Assembly: GCF_000143415.4 (NCBI RefSeq)
Contig: NW_003314340.1
Location: 818,470-882,469, forward strand
Reading direction: 5' to 3'
DNA length: 64,000 bases
From: Selaginella moellendorffii
Taxonomy: Eukaryota; Plantae; Lycopodiophyta
Shown: in pieces, positions 1 to 13,612 of the stretch
How the letters are laid out: every line of letters starts with the position of its first letter
Position numbering within the stretch: position 1 is the first letter of the stretch
Made by a program: the position numbers and the translations under genes
The notes under the pieces: model-generated
What the model saw: the letters and a program-made list of their open reading frames with translations, nothing else
Told to the model about the DNA's origin: nothing
The model's database searches: none

Positions 1-78
1 ATTCCAACTTTCAAGCCGTGGATGAAAGCAAGCTAAGAGAAAAAACAAGAAAGAAAATAAACAAGGAGAGGCACAAAC

Positions 79-612
79 CTGAAAGAAGACGGCTTCTCCG
101 TGCTTGCATCTGACGCATCGAACAGATTTTGTACGCGGTAGCGTAGGATCCGACGCAACGTCCTGCAAGACTTGCGTACGCTCCCCAGCGCTGTGATGGA
201 CTTCGTTCCTGTACACGCAGTTATTGTCCGCTACTTCCTGACCAGTAGCGAAAGTTTCACAATCACCAGGAAGAAGATCAAGGAGATCAGTGAAATGCGT
301 GACTGGATCTCTAAAGAATCAAAGAGATCTTACTTGGTGGTCGCAGTTCCGACAGGCATACAGCAAGATCTTTTGATCCCGGTCCTCCTTGGGATACAGG
401 ATGTTGTTACTGCAAGAGGGGATCCAAAGCCTTTCAATGCCACGAGCAAAAACCACACTTTCAATGCGACGAGCATTCATTCGTTCGAGAAAATCAATGA
501 ATTTCCCGACACCCAATGCGGAGTTACACAAGATGCCGCCGAGCGCGAGCTCCAGCGACGCGAGACGAGCAAACCCAACTCACCATTCCCGGCAGAACTT
601 CATGGTACTCAT
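79..612 (-). CDS. NRPB9: RNA polymerase II/IV/V subunit 9; last exon lies beyond the left window edge
   Basis: Exons 612-584, 409-334 and 237-79 splice (GT-AG) to [50 protein letters not shown]...[28 protein letters not shown], the RPB9 zinc ribbons. Confidence 0.97.
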
Positions 613-668
613 CCTTGCGGGAGTTTCCTTTTCCCCTTTGCACGTTAGGGCTGGGAAGTAACAGTGAT

Positions 669-677
669 AAACCCTAA
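669..677. promoter_or_regulatory. Telo-box AAACCCTAA upstream of RPB9
   Basis: Exact motif about 57 bp upstream of the RPB9 ATG; telo-boxes are common in promoters of plant housekeeping genes. Confidence 0.55.
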
Positions 678-680
678 TTA

Positions 681-1230
681 CGTGTGCATGAGGTTTTCTT
701 TCAAGCATTTGTCTATCTCTGTTTCCAGCTTGATTTCGAATCTCTCCAGTCCATGAGTCTCGACATCTCTACGTCAAAGGTGGGTCATTGATCAAGGCCA
801 AAACCTTTGCTCTCTCTCTCTCTCTCTCTCTCTCTCGCCTCTCCCTCCATTCTTGAGTGCGAGACCCACGAGAGAGCGGCTGGCAACTCGCTTGTTTCAA
901 GAGACAATGAACGCAGTCAAGTGTACGAATGCCGCCACGCCCTCACAGCTGTTTTCTTTAGAAAAAACTTACACGAATCAGGACGTGAAATCACTACTTT
1001 GGTTTTTAGTATGATTTTTTGTAGAAGCTCACAAATCCCCAAACAGTCAGGCCAAAAAGTGCTGCTTTGTTTGGACCGTGCAGTTAAAAATCACGACTTT
1101 AATGGAGACGCAGAGAACGCAATATGAATGGCAGGAAGACCATCCTCGAATCTTCATACACGGCATTGCCACGGCAAAAAGAAAAGTAGATATTACCCTT
1201 GAATCACTGCAAAGTTTTAGTTCGGTCATC
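681..1230. repeat. Copy A of a degenerate local non-coding duplication; contains a (CT)n tract at about 810-836
   Basis: Collinear blocks shared with 1711-2480: CGTGTGCATG..AGGTTTTCTTTCA, CTGGCAACTCG.TTGTTTCAAGAGACAA, CTCACAGCTGTTT, ATGGCAGGAAGACCATCCT. Confidence 0.85.
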
Positions 1231-1710
1231 TTCCAGCAAAAGCAAGGAGTTTAACACAGCGATGTAGATTGCCAGACGTTCAAGCGCTTAGTATATAATT
1301 TGTCTTGTATCAATGCGTTATGGTCATTAGTATAATATAATATATCGATTTGATTAATGAACTCCTTTATCTTAAAACCAAGTCTTGCAAGTTTTTTAGA
1401 AAATTTCAGGCGGTGGCGCTAGAAACATGGGGGCTGCTCTTATTGGGGGTGATGCTTTGCTTTGCTCGCCGCTGAAGAAGTTCAAGAAATTCAAGCACAT
1501 GAACAATGCCGAGCTCGACGTTCTTTCTTCCACACACCGGACGGGGTTAGCATTTTGGAGGATTGGAGCCCGGTTCCTGGAGAATGATCGCGATGTTGCC
1601 AACTTGGGCAAACTTGGACTCGGAGCCTGAAACCAAGTTAGTGCTTCTTTTGAAGAGCTTGGATGAAAAATAAATCGCTCAAAGAGCTACCTGATTTACA
1701 ACCTATAGTA

Positions 1711-2480
1711 CGTGTGCATGACGAGGTTTTCTTTCATCATGAAACCAATTATAGCTGGAACTCTGAAGGAAGATTCTCTATCATCACAGAAAGCCTAGTT
1801 CCAGTCTACTTGTGACGTTTTGTTTCTATGTCCAGCCCAATTACAATGGGCTGTGTCTCCTCTTTCTTTCTCTTCCAGCTTGAATTCTAATCACTCTAGC
1901 CCAGAAGTCTTCATCGATCCTCCATCGCTACGTCAGAGGTGGGTCAAAAGCCAGCATTGCTGTGATTGGATCAAAAGCCAATAACCTTTCGCTCTTGCTT
2001 GTCACTCTTTCCCTCCCTTGACAAGGACAAGCCTAAATTTTCATTAATGTAGTTTTTGAGTCCCACTAGCCAGCGATTCGCTGGCTGACTGGCAACTCGG
2101 TTGTTTCAAGAGACAAAGAACAAATTGACAACACTATACACTCTCACAGCTGTTTGCTTTAGAAAATCAGGCAGAAACTTCACGAATCACGACGATACTA
2201 ATGAAATCCACTACATTGTTTAGCATGATTTTCTGTAGAAGTCCCAATCCCAAAACAAATGTCTGCTTGCGTCAGGGAGGATGGACGGACCCTCGTCAGG
2301 CCAAAAAGCGCTCCTTTGTTTGGACTGTGTCCATCCAATTAAAAACCCACGACTTTTATGGCCGAGAGATGCAATTTGCAATGGCAGGAAGACCATCCTG
2401 GAATCTTCACACACGGCATGCCATAGCACCAATAGGAACCTTAGATCGATTGGTTATCCTTGAATCTCTGCAAATTTATA
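1711..2480. repeat. Copy B of the degenerate local duplication (longer, with indels)
   Basis: Same blocks in the same order as 681-1230. Confidence 0.85.
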
Positions 2481-3179
2481 GTGTACTCCTCCACGATCAT
2501 CTTGCTTTGTGTGGCGTTGCCATGTTTCCGGGTCAGCTCCAAAGCAACCAATCACGAAACTACGCCCCTCCAAACAACACAGAGCTCCACTCAAATCAAA
2601 TCCTTGTAGTTAATGACCCCACAATGACATTGCTTCATAATCAACTCAATACTATACTGCCAACCATGAGTTCCACACAAATCACCAGCTGTTAAAACCC
2701 CTTTGGTGATTCCTCTCTCCGTACACGGTAGGACCGGAGCGTTTTAGTGACGATCGATCCCGGGGAGACATGGGGCCGTACCTTGGCCCCCAGATCGCGA
2801 ATTCTTTCCAGCCGCCAGCATCTTGCTGGGTTGTTAATACAGCTCGAGGCCAACTTGGCGTGCAGGAACACGCAGCCACACGAAACATTGTAATGCGGGC
2901 AAATCAACCATAGGACCAAATGGTGACGCGATTAAAAAACTATCTGACCTTGCAAAAAGGTGACATGGGGTCCCAGGAGTGATTTTCCTTCCAACTGTCA
3001 ACAAGCCAGGAATTATCCACACTACGCTCTAGAGCGCGTGGAAGAGAACGCGTTGGAGTCCACAAGTATATAAGCCCTTGCGGGAGGGATTTCGTGAGAG
3101 AGAGCGCTTTGACCTAAAAGTTCCTGGAAAGGGCGAAAAAAACCACTCCCGCCACATTTGGGGAAAATTTTGGTGCCAC

Positions 3180-4241
3180 ATGGTGGCCGGGGATTTGTCC
3201 CCTGATTTAGGGCGCCCCAAATTTAGGGTTCCCACTAGCAGCGCTTCTTCCTCCTCGAGCGAGGCGGCGGGGGCGTCCATCGACGAGGGCTTCTCCGCGC
3301 CCGCCGCCACCGATGTGATCTCCTTTGATGAGTTTCTTCTCAGCGCGATACGAGGCAACCGCGAGCAGCAACCGCAGCAGCGGAGGAATCGGCGGCGGCA
3401 CTCCACCGCGGCGGGGTCTCCGGGCAACAGCTCCGAGGAGAGCGACGATCGCGAGGGCGGCGATGGCGGCAGGAGCCGCCGGCGCCGCAAGAGCTCCGAC
3501 GACGCTTCTCTCGGGGGCGGTGGTAGCAGCACGACCTCCCCCAGCGCCGCGCAGGTCTCGGGCGAGGAATCGCCGGGATTTCTAGCGCCCCAGCAGCAGC
3601 AGTCGGATCAGGAGACCCAGCACCCACTCTATCGAGGGATCCGGCGGCGCAGCTGGGGCAAATGGGTCTCGGAGATCCGGGAGCCCAAGAAGAAGACGCG
3701 CATTTGGCTGGGATCCTTCCCCACGCCGGAGATGGCCGCTCGAGCTTACGACGTGGCCGCGATCAGCCTCAAGGGTCCCAAGGCCGTGCTCAATTTCCCC
3801 GAGTTCGCGTATTCGCTTCCACAGCCGGCTATGGTGTCGCCCAAGTCGATCCAGCAGGCCGCCGCTGCCGCCGCCCTGGCATTTAGCTCCTGTTCTCTGG
3901 GAACTTCCTCCTCGTCGCCCACGAAAGCATCGTATCGGAGCTCCCTTGCATCGTCCACCTCGTCCCAGCAGTACCACTACTCGAAATCGCCCGAGAATGT
4001 GGCAAAGCCCTGTTCTTCCTCCCAGGGATCGCGATCAGGCGGCGATTTGGCACCGGCATTGCCTCCGATTAGCGAGGGCCAGGTGAATTACGTGGACGAG
4101 GATATGATCTTCAACATGCCGGATGTAGTCACGGATATGGCTCAAGCGATGCTTCTCGCGCCGCCGCGATTGAGCCAAGAACAGAGTGACGAGGAGGATG
4201 AATCGGGCGAGGAGGCATCGATTTGGAGCTATCGAGACTGA
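3180..4241 (+). CDS. Intronless AP2/ERF transcription factor, DREB A-4/TINY-like
   Basis: AP2 domain [53 protein letters not shown] with V14/E19, plus [24 protein letters not shown] and a C-terminal IWSY. First in-frame ATG is 3180; TATATAA near 3068. Confidence 0.95.
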   Translation: MVAGDLSPDLGRPKFRVPTSSASSSSSEAAGASIDEGFSAPAATDVISFDEFLLSAIRGNREQQPQQRRNRRRHSTAAGSPGNSSEESDDREGGDGGRSRRRRKSSDDASLGGGGSSTTSPSAAQVSGEESPGFLAPQQQQSDQETQHPLYRGIRRRSWGKWVSEIREPKKKTRIWLGSFPTPEMAARAYDVAAISLKGPKAVLNFPEFAYSLPQPAMVSPKSIQQAAAAAALAFSSCSLGTSSSSPTKASYRSSLASSTSSQQYHYSKSPENVAKPCSSSQGSRSGGDLAPALPPISEGQVNYVDEDMIFNMPDVVTDMAQAMLLAPPRLSQEQSDEEDESGEEASIWSYRD

Positions 4242-4887
4242 TCCTCGACCACACTCGATCTCGTGGGAGGCAATCGGTAGCCTTAGATCTTGCGCGAGCG
4301 ATTGAAACGCTAGAGAGAAAATCTAGTGTAAAATATTTCTATTTGGGATGAACACGAAGAACAGTTTAGCTAGATACGCTCCTAATCGTGTTTGTTATAT
4401 CTTAAGCGGGCTAGATAATGCATGCTTGTTATATTTAAGTGTTTTTATTATATCTTAACCCGCCAGGACACACACGTTTGCATTAGCGAGCCACTTATCC
4501 AAATACAAGGAAGCTTCATGGTGGGCCGGGTAATTTCCTGGAAGCTGCTTGTGAAGAATCACGTGTTTAAAGGACAATGGGAGATTTATTTGTGTGTGTG
4601 TGGAGATACGGCATAGCTGTGTCCAAGAAGCAAACAAACAAAGTCGCCGGGCAACTTGCTAAATTAGATGCCGCGAAGATTCGTTCGTTCCAATGGAATC
4701 TTTACAAAAATGCATGGAGGAAGAAGAAAGGAAGGTGTGTAGAAAAACTGAAGATTCGATTCTATGATCGTGGAAAGCTCTCATCCAGAAAGCCGTGATT
4801 GACCGCTTCAAAGATATGGCACTAAAAAGGCGGAAGTTTTCAAAGTAAGAAAGATAAAAAGGAGTCGTTTGTTTGTTTGCCCTGGCT

Positions 4888-6314
<1,427 letters not shown>

Positions 6315-7073
6315 ATGGAATGTAAGTCTCTGAAGATTTCTAAATGCGTCTTTTCTTTCTAACCGTCGTATCCACTCGCGGAATGAGAGTGTTCTTAGCA
6401 CATACACGGTGTAAAGGATTGTACACGCTCCCGAAGTATAGCGTTTAGCTCGCTACACAGGTTGCATCCCGTTCCACAGCGGGTGTTTAGAAAGAGGATC
6501 TGCCAGGTGGTTGATAATGATCGGCATTCCTGACGAAAAAGTTTCTTTGACGGAAGAAGCAGACGATTTTTGGACGATGAGGTACGTTTTCTTCTATGAT
6601 CAAAGTTCTCGATCACCTTAAAACTCTTTCAGGGACGACCAAAATAAACGCCGGCGTTTAAATAGGCCTCAGCGGATGGTTTAGAAACTGAATAGCGCCG
6701 TTTCGATTCGAGCGCTTAGAAAACAAGCCATGTTTCGATCTTTGGAGAGATCAGCTCTCTCGGAAGCTGGTTCTGGATTTGTGGTGACTATGGGGCTTGG
6801 GTAAGTTCCACTTGCGTTTGTTGATTTCGAAGTTGAGATTTGCGTCTTGCAGTTGCAGATTTTTTTTGTCGGCGAACCAGTGCACGGGAGCAATTTTGGA
6901 TGACCCATTATCTCCATTGACAAGTAAGGTACTCGTTCCTTGGACCGCCTTCTTGGGTGTCCAAAGAGAAACGAAGGGCATGGAGATCTAATTATGTAAG
7001 TGAATTAGAATGTACCCTGGCTTGACGAGTAGCTCCGTGTCTCGACAAGAATGTCCTGGAGAAACGAGCTGGA

Positions 7074-9967
7074 ATGATGAAATGTGGTGCGAGACCAGGA
7101 GCCCCAAGCAGCGTAAGAAGTAATTCTACTCTTTTCTCGGTTCTGACGTTTTGATTTTGCAGTGCTCAACTTCTATTCAATGGAGCACTTCATCTAAATG
7201 CGTCGGCCGCGTCTGTGCTCACACTGCTACAGACTGCTCCAAACCCGCACAGGAGAAAAAAGACAAGGATGTCTCGTCCCTACTATGTTCTTTAAAGGCG
7301 TCCAGAAGCATTGCCCAGGTTCGCAGAATTCATGCAGGCGCTGTAGAAACCGGAGTGTCCTCGAACGTTCGCATTGCAAGCAGCTTAATCAGGATGTATG
7401 CCAAGTGCGGCAGCATGTCGGAGGCCCGAGAAGTCTTTGACAGTATCCACCATCACGACGTGGTATGCTGGACCGCACTGATACTGGGATATGTGGAAAA
7501 CGGACAGGGAGAAGTGGCCCTTGGCGTTTTACTACAGATGCATCGCTCAGGCTGCAGTCCAAATGCTCGAACTTTCACAGCGGCGTTCAAGGCCTGCACA
7601 GTTCTAGCAGCAAAGGAACCGGGCATGCAAGTTGATGGAAAGACGCTGAAACTGAAGGCTTTGGAAAAAGGCATGGCTATTCACTCCCAGGCTCAGGATT
7701 TCAGTAGTGGAGATGCTTTCATTGGAAGTACTCTGGTAGAGATGTACTCCAAGTGTAGGAGCATGGTGGACGCTCACAGGGCCTTCGATGGGACACAGCA
7801 TCGTGACGTAGTGCTCTGGACGGCATTGATGGTTGGCTACGTTGAGAACGAGCAGTATGCGACAGCGTTAGAACTACTTCAAGCCATGCAGTCCAACGGC
7901 TGTATGCCAAATTCTCGAAGTTATGTGGCTGCTCTCAAGGCGTGCTCGAGTCTTGCTGCTAGAGAAGAAAGCAGGGAGATAGATGGAGGTTTCGTGAAAC
8001 TGGTGGCACTGGAGCAAGGCATGGCTTTGCATTGCCAGGCAGCTCAAAGTAACAAAAGTGGCAGTGGGGATTTGTTCGTGGGTAATATCTTGATCGACAT
8101 GTACTCAACCTGTGGAAGTATGGTGGATGCGAGAGCAGTGTTTGACAAGATGGAACGTCACGACGTCGTCTCGTGGACAGCTCTCTTGTCGGGGTATGCT
8201 CAAAATGGGGATGGTGACACAGCGCTTGAGTTATTTGCAGCGATGAAGTCTGAGCCTTGTCTCCCAGATGCTCGAACGTTTGTTGCTTTACTGAAGTCAT
8301 GTGTTGCCCTTGCTGGTAGAGAAAAGCCAACGCCTGTCCATGGAAAGCTTGTGAAAGTTTGCTCGCTTGAGAAAGGGATGGCCATCCACTGTGAAGCTTC
8401 AAGCAGCAACTGTAAGTTCGATGTTTTCTTGGAAAACACTCTGATTGATATGTACTCCAACTGTGGCAGTGTGATGGACTTCAAGCTCGTCTTTGATCAG
8501 ATGCAACGCCGGGATGTTGTGTCATGGAATGCGTTGATGCTTGGGTACGTTGAGAATTCGGAGTGTAAGGCTGCCTTACAGATGTTTTCGTCAATGCAGG
8601 AGGAAGGCTACAAACCAAACAGCCGAACGTTTGTTGCTGCAGTGAAGGCTTGCATCGGTTTGGCATTGGCCGAAGATGACACGAAAGTGGACGGGAGGTT
8701 CATGAAAATAGGCGCCCTGGAGAAAGGTATGGCTATTCACTCTGAGAGCATGAATAGATTATGTGACTCGGATGTTTTTGTTTCCAGTAGTCTGATCGAC
8801 ATGTATGCAAAGTGTGGAAATATGATAGACGCCTCCAAGGTGTTTAACAAGATAGATCGACCAGGTGTGGTACCGTGGACGTCATTGATACTGGGATATG
8901 CGGAGAATGGGAAAGCCGAGCTTGCGCTGGAGCTTTTCGTAGCCATGCAAGCAGAAAAGTGCCAGCCAAACTCTCAGACATTTGCTGTGGCTTTCAAGGC
9001 CTGTGCTTGGCTAGCAGAGAAAGAGGAGTTCACAGAAGCTGGCCAGGGGAAGCTTGTGAAGCTGGTTTCTCTTGAGAGAGCTTTTGCTCTTCATTCTCGA
9101 GCCCCGAGGGTACAGAACTTCGCAGACAGCAGCACGGTGGTCGTGGAGATGTATGCAAAGTGTGGCAGCACAGTGGACGCTCGGCGAGTTTTGGACGAAA
9201 TGGAGTGCTGGAATCCAGCGTCCTGGTCAGCTCTTCTTGTGGGACACACCAGAAATGGAGAACTTGATGAGGCGATGGAACTGCTGTCCACCATGCCTAA
9301 GTCGAGAGGAGGAGATCCACGAACTCTAGCAGCAGCACTCAAAGCTTGCAGTAGTGTTGGGGCCTGGCAACTGGGACGAAAAGCTCATGCAGAGATTTGC
9401 CGCTGTGGACTGGAGAGCAACCAAGTCATAGCGACATGCCTGGTTGACTTCTATTGCAAAGTTGGAAGTGTGGTTTCGGCTCAACAGGTTTTTGACTCAA
9501 TGTTGTTGAAAGATCTTGTGGCTTGGACAGCACTTGTAGCTGGATATGGTCGCCAAGGAGATGCTGCCTCCATGTTTGAAAGCTTTCACAGCATGCGAGA
9601 TTTTGGCCTTTGTCCTGATAGTTTTACATTCCTTTCGATCATCAGTGCTTGTAGCCATGCAGGACTTGTGAAACAGGGAAAGGAGTGCTTGTATGCAATG
9701 AAGATGAAATATGGGATTTGTCCTAGGCATGAGCACTACCATGGAGTGATTGATCTCTTGGGACGAATAAACCATTTGGATGAGGCAATGATGGTGTTAG
9801 AATCTATGCCTCTAGAACCGAGCTGTGTAACTTGGACTACCATTTTGAACGCATGTAAGAAGTGGAAAAATATCAAAATTGGGAAGATTGCATATAATGC
9901 TTTGGTGAAGATTGATAAAAGGAACAAAGCTGCATATACACTTATGGCTAATTTATATGGAAATTAA
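7074..9967 (+). CDS. PLS-class PPR with long L motifs, E1 and truncated E2, no DYW (organellar RNA-editing specificity-factor type)
   Basis: 938-codon ORF of P-L-S triplets ending P2-L2-S2-E1-AAYTLMANLYGN*. Probable first exon 7074-7112 (MMKCGARPGAPSS) joins in frame via a GT-AG intron at 7113-7162. Confidence 0.93.
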
Positions 9968-10230
9968 CATTTGCATGTTTGGTGAAAGAACAAATGTTAG
10001 CGGCTGTGACCAAGAAAGCACCAATGAAGCACTCCATTATAATATGTGAAGATAAAAAAGCTCTTATTCAATACCTCAATTTTGGTGATAATGTTTCTCA
10101 TCCCACTACTAAACAGATCAAGTGGAATCCCATGCACTGCACATAAATTTCATCTTTACATGACATTGTAAAAAGAAAGTTATAGAATATTTATCTCAAA
10201 CAATATAAATTAATTGTTAGAAAAATGCCT

Positions 10231-10885
10231 TTATATCTTCTAGACTTCTGCAAAGCTCTAATCTCTTCTCTTGTATCCAAGGCCCATGCAAGACCCAGCA
10301 ATTCCATTTCCTAGAATTGGACCTGAAGTGAAGCTCACTAGATTGGAGAACAATGATCTTCGCTTCAAGTCCTTTGCTTTTCGAAAATGATAGAGCTCAA
10401 CATCGCAAAAAAGATGGTGGGTTTGAAGGCTTTCGAGAAATACAAGAGTAGTCTAGACTCTGAATCCTCGGCTGTTACGTCGCCCGCGAGCCTTCTCAAA
10501 CCTGCACCCTCCCGAGCGGCCTGGGATACGCACAGCAAGAAAGAAGAAAACTAAGAAACAGGGATTACTCTCTTGTGTCCAGTGTGGCCAGAAGCGCGAG
10601 CTCGTCGAACGTGAGGCATTTTCTTCCGGTCCTCACGCGAGTACCACTGTCATCTGCGAGTCTGTCATTGTCGACAGCGATCTTAAACTCCTGTTTCACC
10701 ATATTTTCCATGTCCATGGCGAGGCGGGAGAGTGACATTGTGATTTTACTCAGGTCCTTCTGACCAAGGAAAGTAAGAAAATGCGTGAGAAATCGGCAAC
10801 CGCTATAGATCCAATGCCAAATCACACGCACTCACCTTGACGAGCAGCTTGAGGTAGGCTAGCGGATCCAATTCCTGGCTTGACC
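10231..10885 (-). pseudogene. Unrecognised spliced gene fragment
   Basis: Exon-like segments (SSQELDPLAYLKLLVK, then KDLSKITMSLSRLAMDMENMVKQEF...LLATLDTRE) bounded by a GTGAGT donor and a CAG acceptor; no family recognised and no start found. Confidence 0.35.
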
Positions 10886-13565
10886 TAGATGAAAGCAATA
10901 TTTTAATTTTTTTTAAAGTTAAACCTGTTTAGTTAGACAAATGAACTTGATATTGAATTAAATCAAAGGGAAGCGATGTGTCTTTTTCTACCAGAGTCGT
11001 AGGGTACACGATGTGCTAACCAAACTATACATCACGCCTACATGGGACTGATGATGCCACTCCGTGACGCCCATATTTTTTTGCTTTTTTTTTGGCTTTG
11101 TTGCTATCTGAGCTTGTGTTGCTACTTTCATGATTGGGAAGCAGACACATTCAGCTGAATGCATTGACTATCAGTCTTGAATATTTGTCCTTTGGGCCAT
11201 CAGTCGAGTCACTATTCTCCACTCAACTCCACCCCCACTCCACTGATCCCAAACATTCCACCGGAGATAAAAACATTCCACTGGAGATAATCTCAAGAAC
11301 TTTTGGCGTGATTTTCGATCCGCCAGAGACGAGTCCATCTCCTGCAAGTTGAAGGGTCAGGGGCCTTTTACTTTAGTCGAATTACTTTCGATTATTATTA
11401 CAAGCTCTGCTCCAAGCAACATTCATTTCAAATGCAACATGAGTGAAGGAAAAGGTGGCGGTCATCTCTTTCAAAAAGGTGGAGCACAAGCAGATGTTGA
11501 TTGCTGGGAGCCCGAGAAACTGCGGAAGAAAGCATACAAAAAGAAAAGCAGGAGAACTCTTTGTCAACGATATTGGAATGCCATACGTGGTACACATTGT
11601 GGCCAGCCAGCGAAAGAGGGCAACGTACAAGACGCTTTCGTGAGTCGCGAGGTTTTCTTCGCTGGGCATGCCACCGACCTTCGAGTCGAACGAGCTCACG
11701 AGATTATGTGTCGGAACTCAATACTGCAGCTTTTCCGCTCTCATGTTACGCGTGGAGCAGAGGTTTCTCCATCGCAGCCTCCAAGATTCGATGGACCTTT
11801 GACAAAAAGACATGCCCAAGATTTGCGACTGCGAAGTCTGGGCAGCAGAATTGGCCAACTTCATAGCTCCATGACTCCAAACTCCCCATCTTTCCAAGGC
11901 TCCAAACCAGGAATGGACCGCTCAACATTGACGCATGCATGTGGTGTTTACGCCCAAGATGAGTTCTTCAGAATTGCTTGATTTCCTTCTGTTATCTTAA
12001 GTTTGTGTGATGGACTTTGTATCTAAGGTGGCAAAGAAAAAACAAGACGAGGGGCTTCTGAAAGGGATGGATGCACGCCTATCGCATGCCTTTGACGTTT
12101 CAAACCAATCCGGTGCGCTGTGTGTAATGAAAGGTATTAAGCTGTTTGCTAGCGCTGTAGTGAAGCCTGAAGCTTCGGAGCTGCTGGGAGTTGCGGGCCG
12201 AGTTGAAACGTCTGGATGCATCGATCGATGGATGGGTTGATGTACCAAAGTGAAACATCTCCATCGCATCACGGCATATGTAGATCTCGATTTCATCAAA
12301 CTGGGGGGGTTTAGATGCCGTGCAATTTCACTTGTTCCACACATTTTTTTGGTGTGCTCCTTGAGAGACCATCTTCGTTTCCCCGACGCACAGGCCGTGG
12401 TAGTTTGATTTGTTTGGTGGTGGCCGTAAAATATTTCTTTGAAGTCCAAAGTTTTTGTATCTGTCGACCCAGTCCTCTAGTTTCGATTCCGATCTGATAG
12501 ACTCACACATATACGAATGTATAAACAGAATATGCACTTATAATTTCCGGCACGGCTTTGACCACTCTAGACGGTAGCTTGTTCACGAATCCTGATCATT
12601 ATCCAAATGCAACTTGGTAAAGCAAAGACTTCCTTTTCATTACATCACCATAACTTTCCGGCAGTTCGTATAATATGACAAGCTCGACGATGGTCTTTCT
12701 CGGTGGCACTGCTGTAGTGCAAATATGTTAAGAGAGCTTGGATAGGCTCTCCATCGTCGTCTGGAAATCACGTGGCAAGATTCTCATGCGTGCTCTGCTC
12801 TTGGAATTTCTGGGAGTGTCTTGTCCGACTGTCTCCTTCGCTGTGATCTTCTTTTCTCTTTTGGTTAAATTTTTTTTCCTTGGTGGTACACTTGAATCAT
12901 TTGGAAACAACCAAAGGTACCGTATACATATCGATTAGCCGAGAAACTATCAAACTTCAAATGTATAATTTGACTGGATTGCTGCTGCTGACACAACGAA
13001 TGATCAACGCTGGAAAACCCATAACAAAATACTTAGTGAGAAGTTTTGATAAGTATTTAAGCTCAGGGAAGCTTCTCTTTCAGTTGCCGAAATTGTGGAG
13101 ATTTTAAATCCAAGGCCGTTAGCTGTTCGAAAACCGACACCATTGCGAGGCGGGCATTTTGCAAATTTTTAGCAAAAACCACACCGTGTTTCTGTCCCAA
13201 CACGCTTGCTAAATTGTTATTATAATTCTCCCACTGGAAAAAGCTGGCTAAGCCAAGAAGCCACAAGTTTGTTTGTCGGGAACAAGGATTTGGGAGCTTC
13301 AAACCCAGGAAAAACCACGTCAATTTCGTGGGAACCTTTCCCGGATTCCTTCTCCGAAAAGCCAAAAAAACGGCCCAGAGAGGAAAAAAAGAAGAAAAAC
13401 TCCTTGCACTTCCATCTTTGATCCCTAAGCAGCCGCCGCCAAGGATATCCCCTCCATGGATGGGGAATCTCAAGGCTTTTGTCGACGTGGGAAACGACGA
13501 GTGACAAAAGGTGGCGGTGAAAATGAAAATGCCACACAGAAAAGTATAGAGACAAGAGAGGGTTT

Positions 13566-13605
<40 letters not shown>
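13566..13605. repeat. (CT)n/(GA)n microsatellite
   Basis: Directly visible; GAGA tracts are BPC-binding elements in plants. Confidence 0.9.

Positions 13606-13612
<7 letters not shown>

Noticed and set aside
6730-7010. Upstream ATG 6730 as the start of the long PPR
   Set aside because: The splice combinations tried hit stops before joining the PPR frame; more likely a spliced 5-prime UTR with uORFs.
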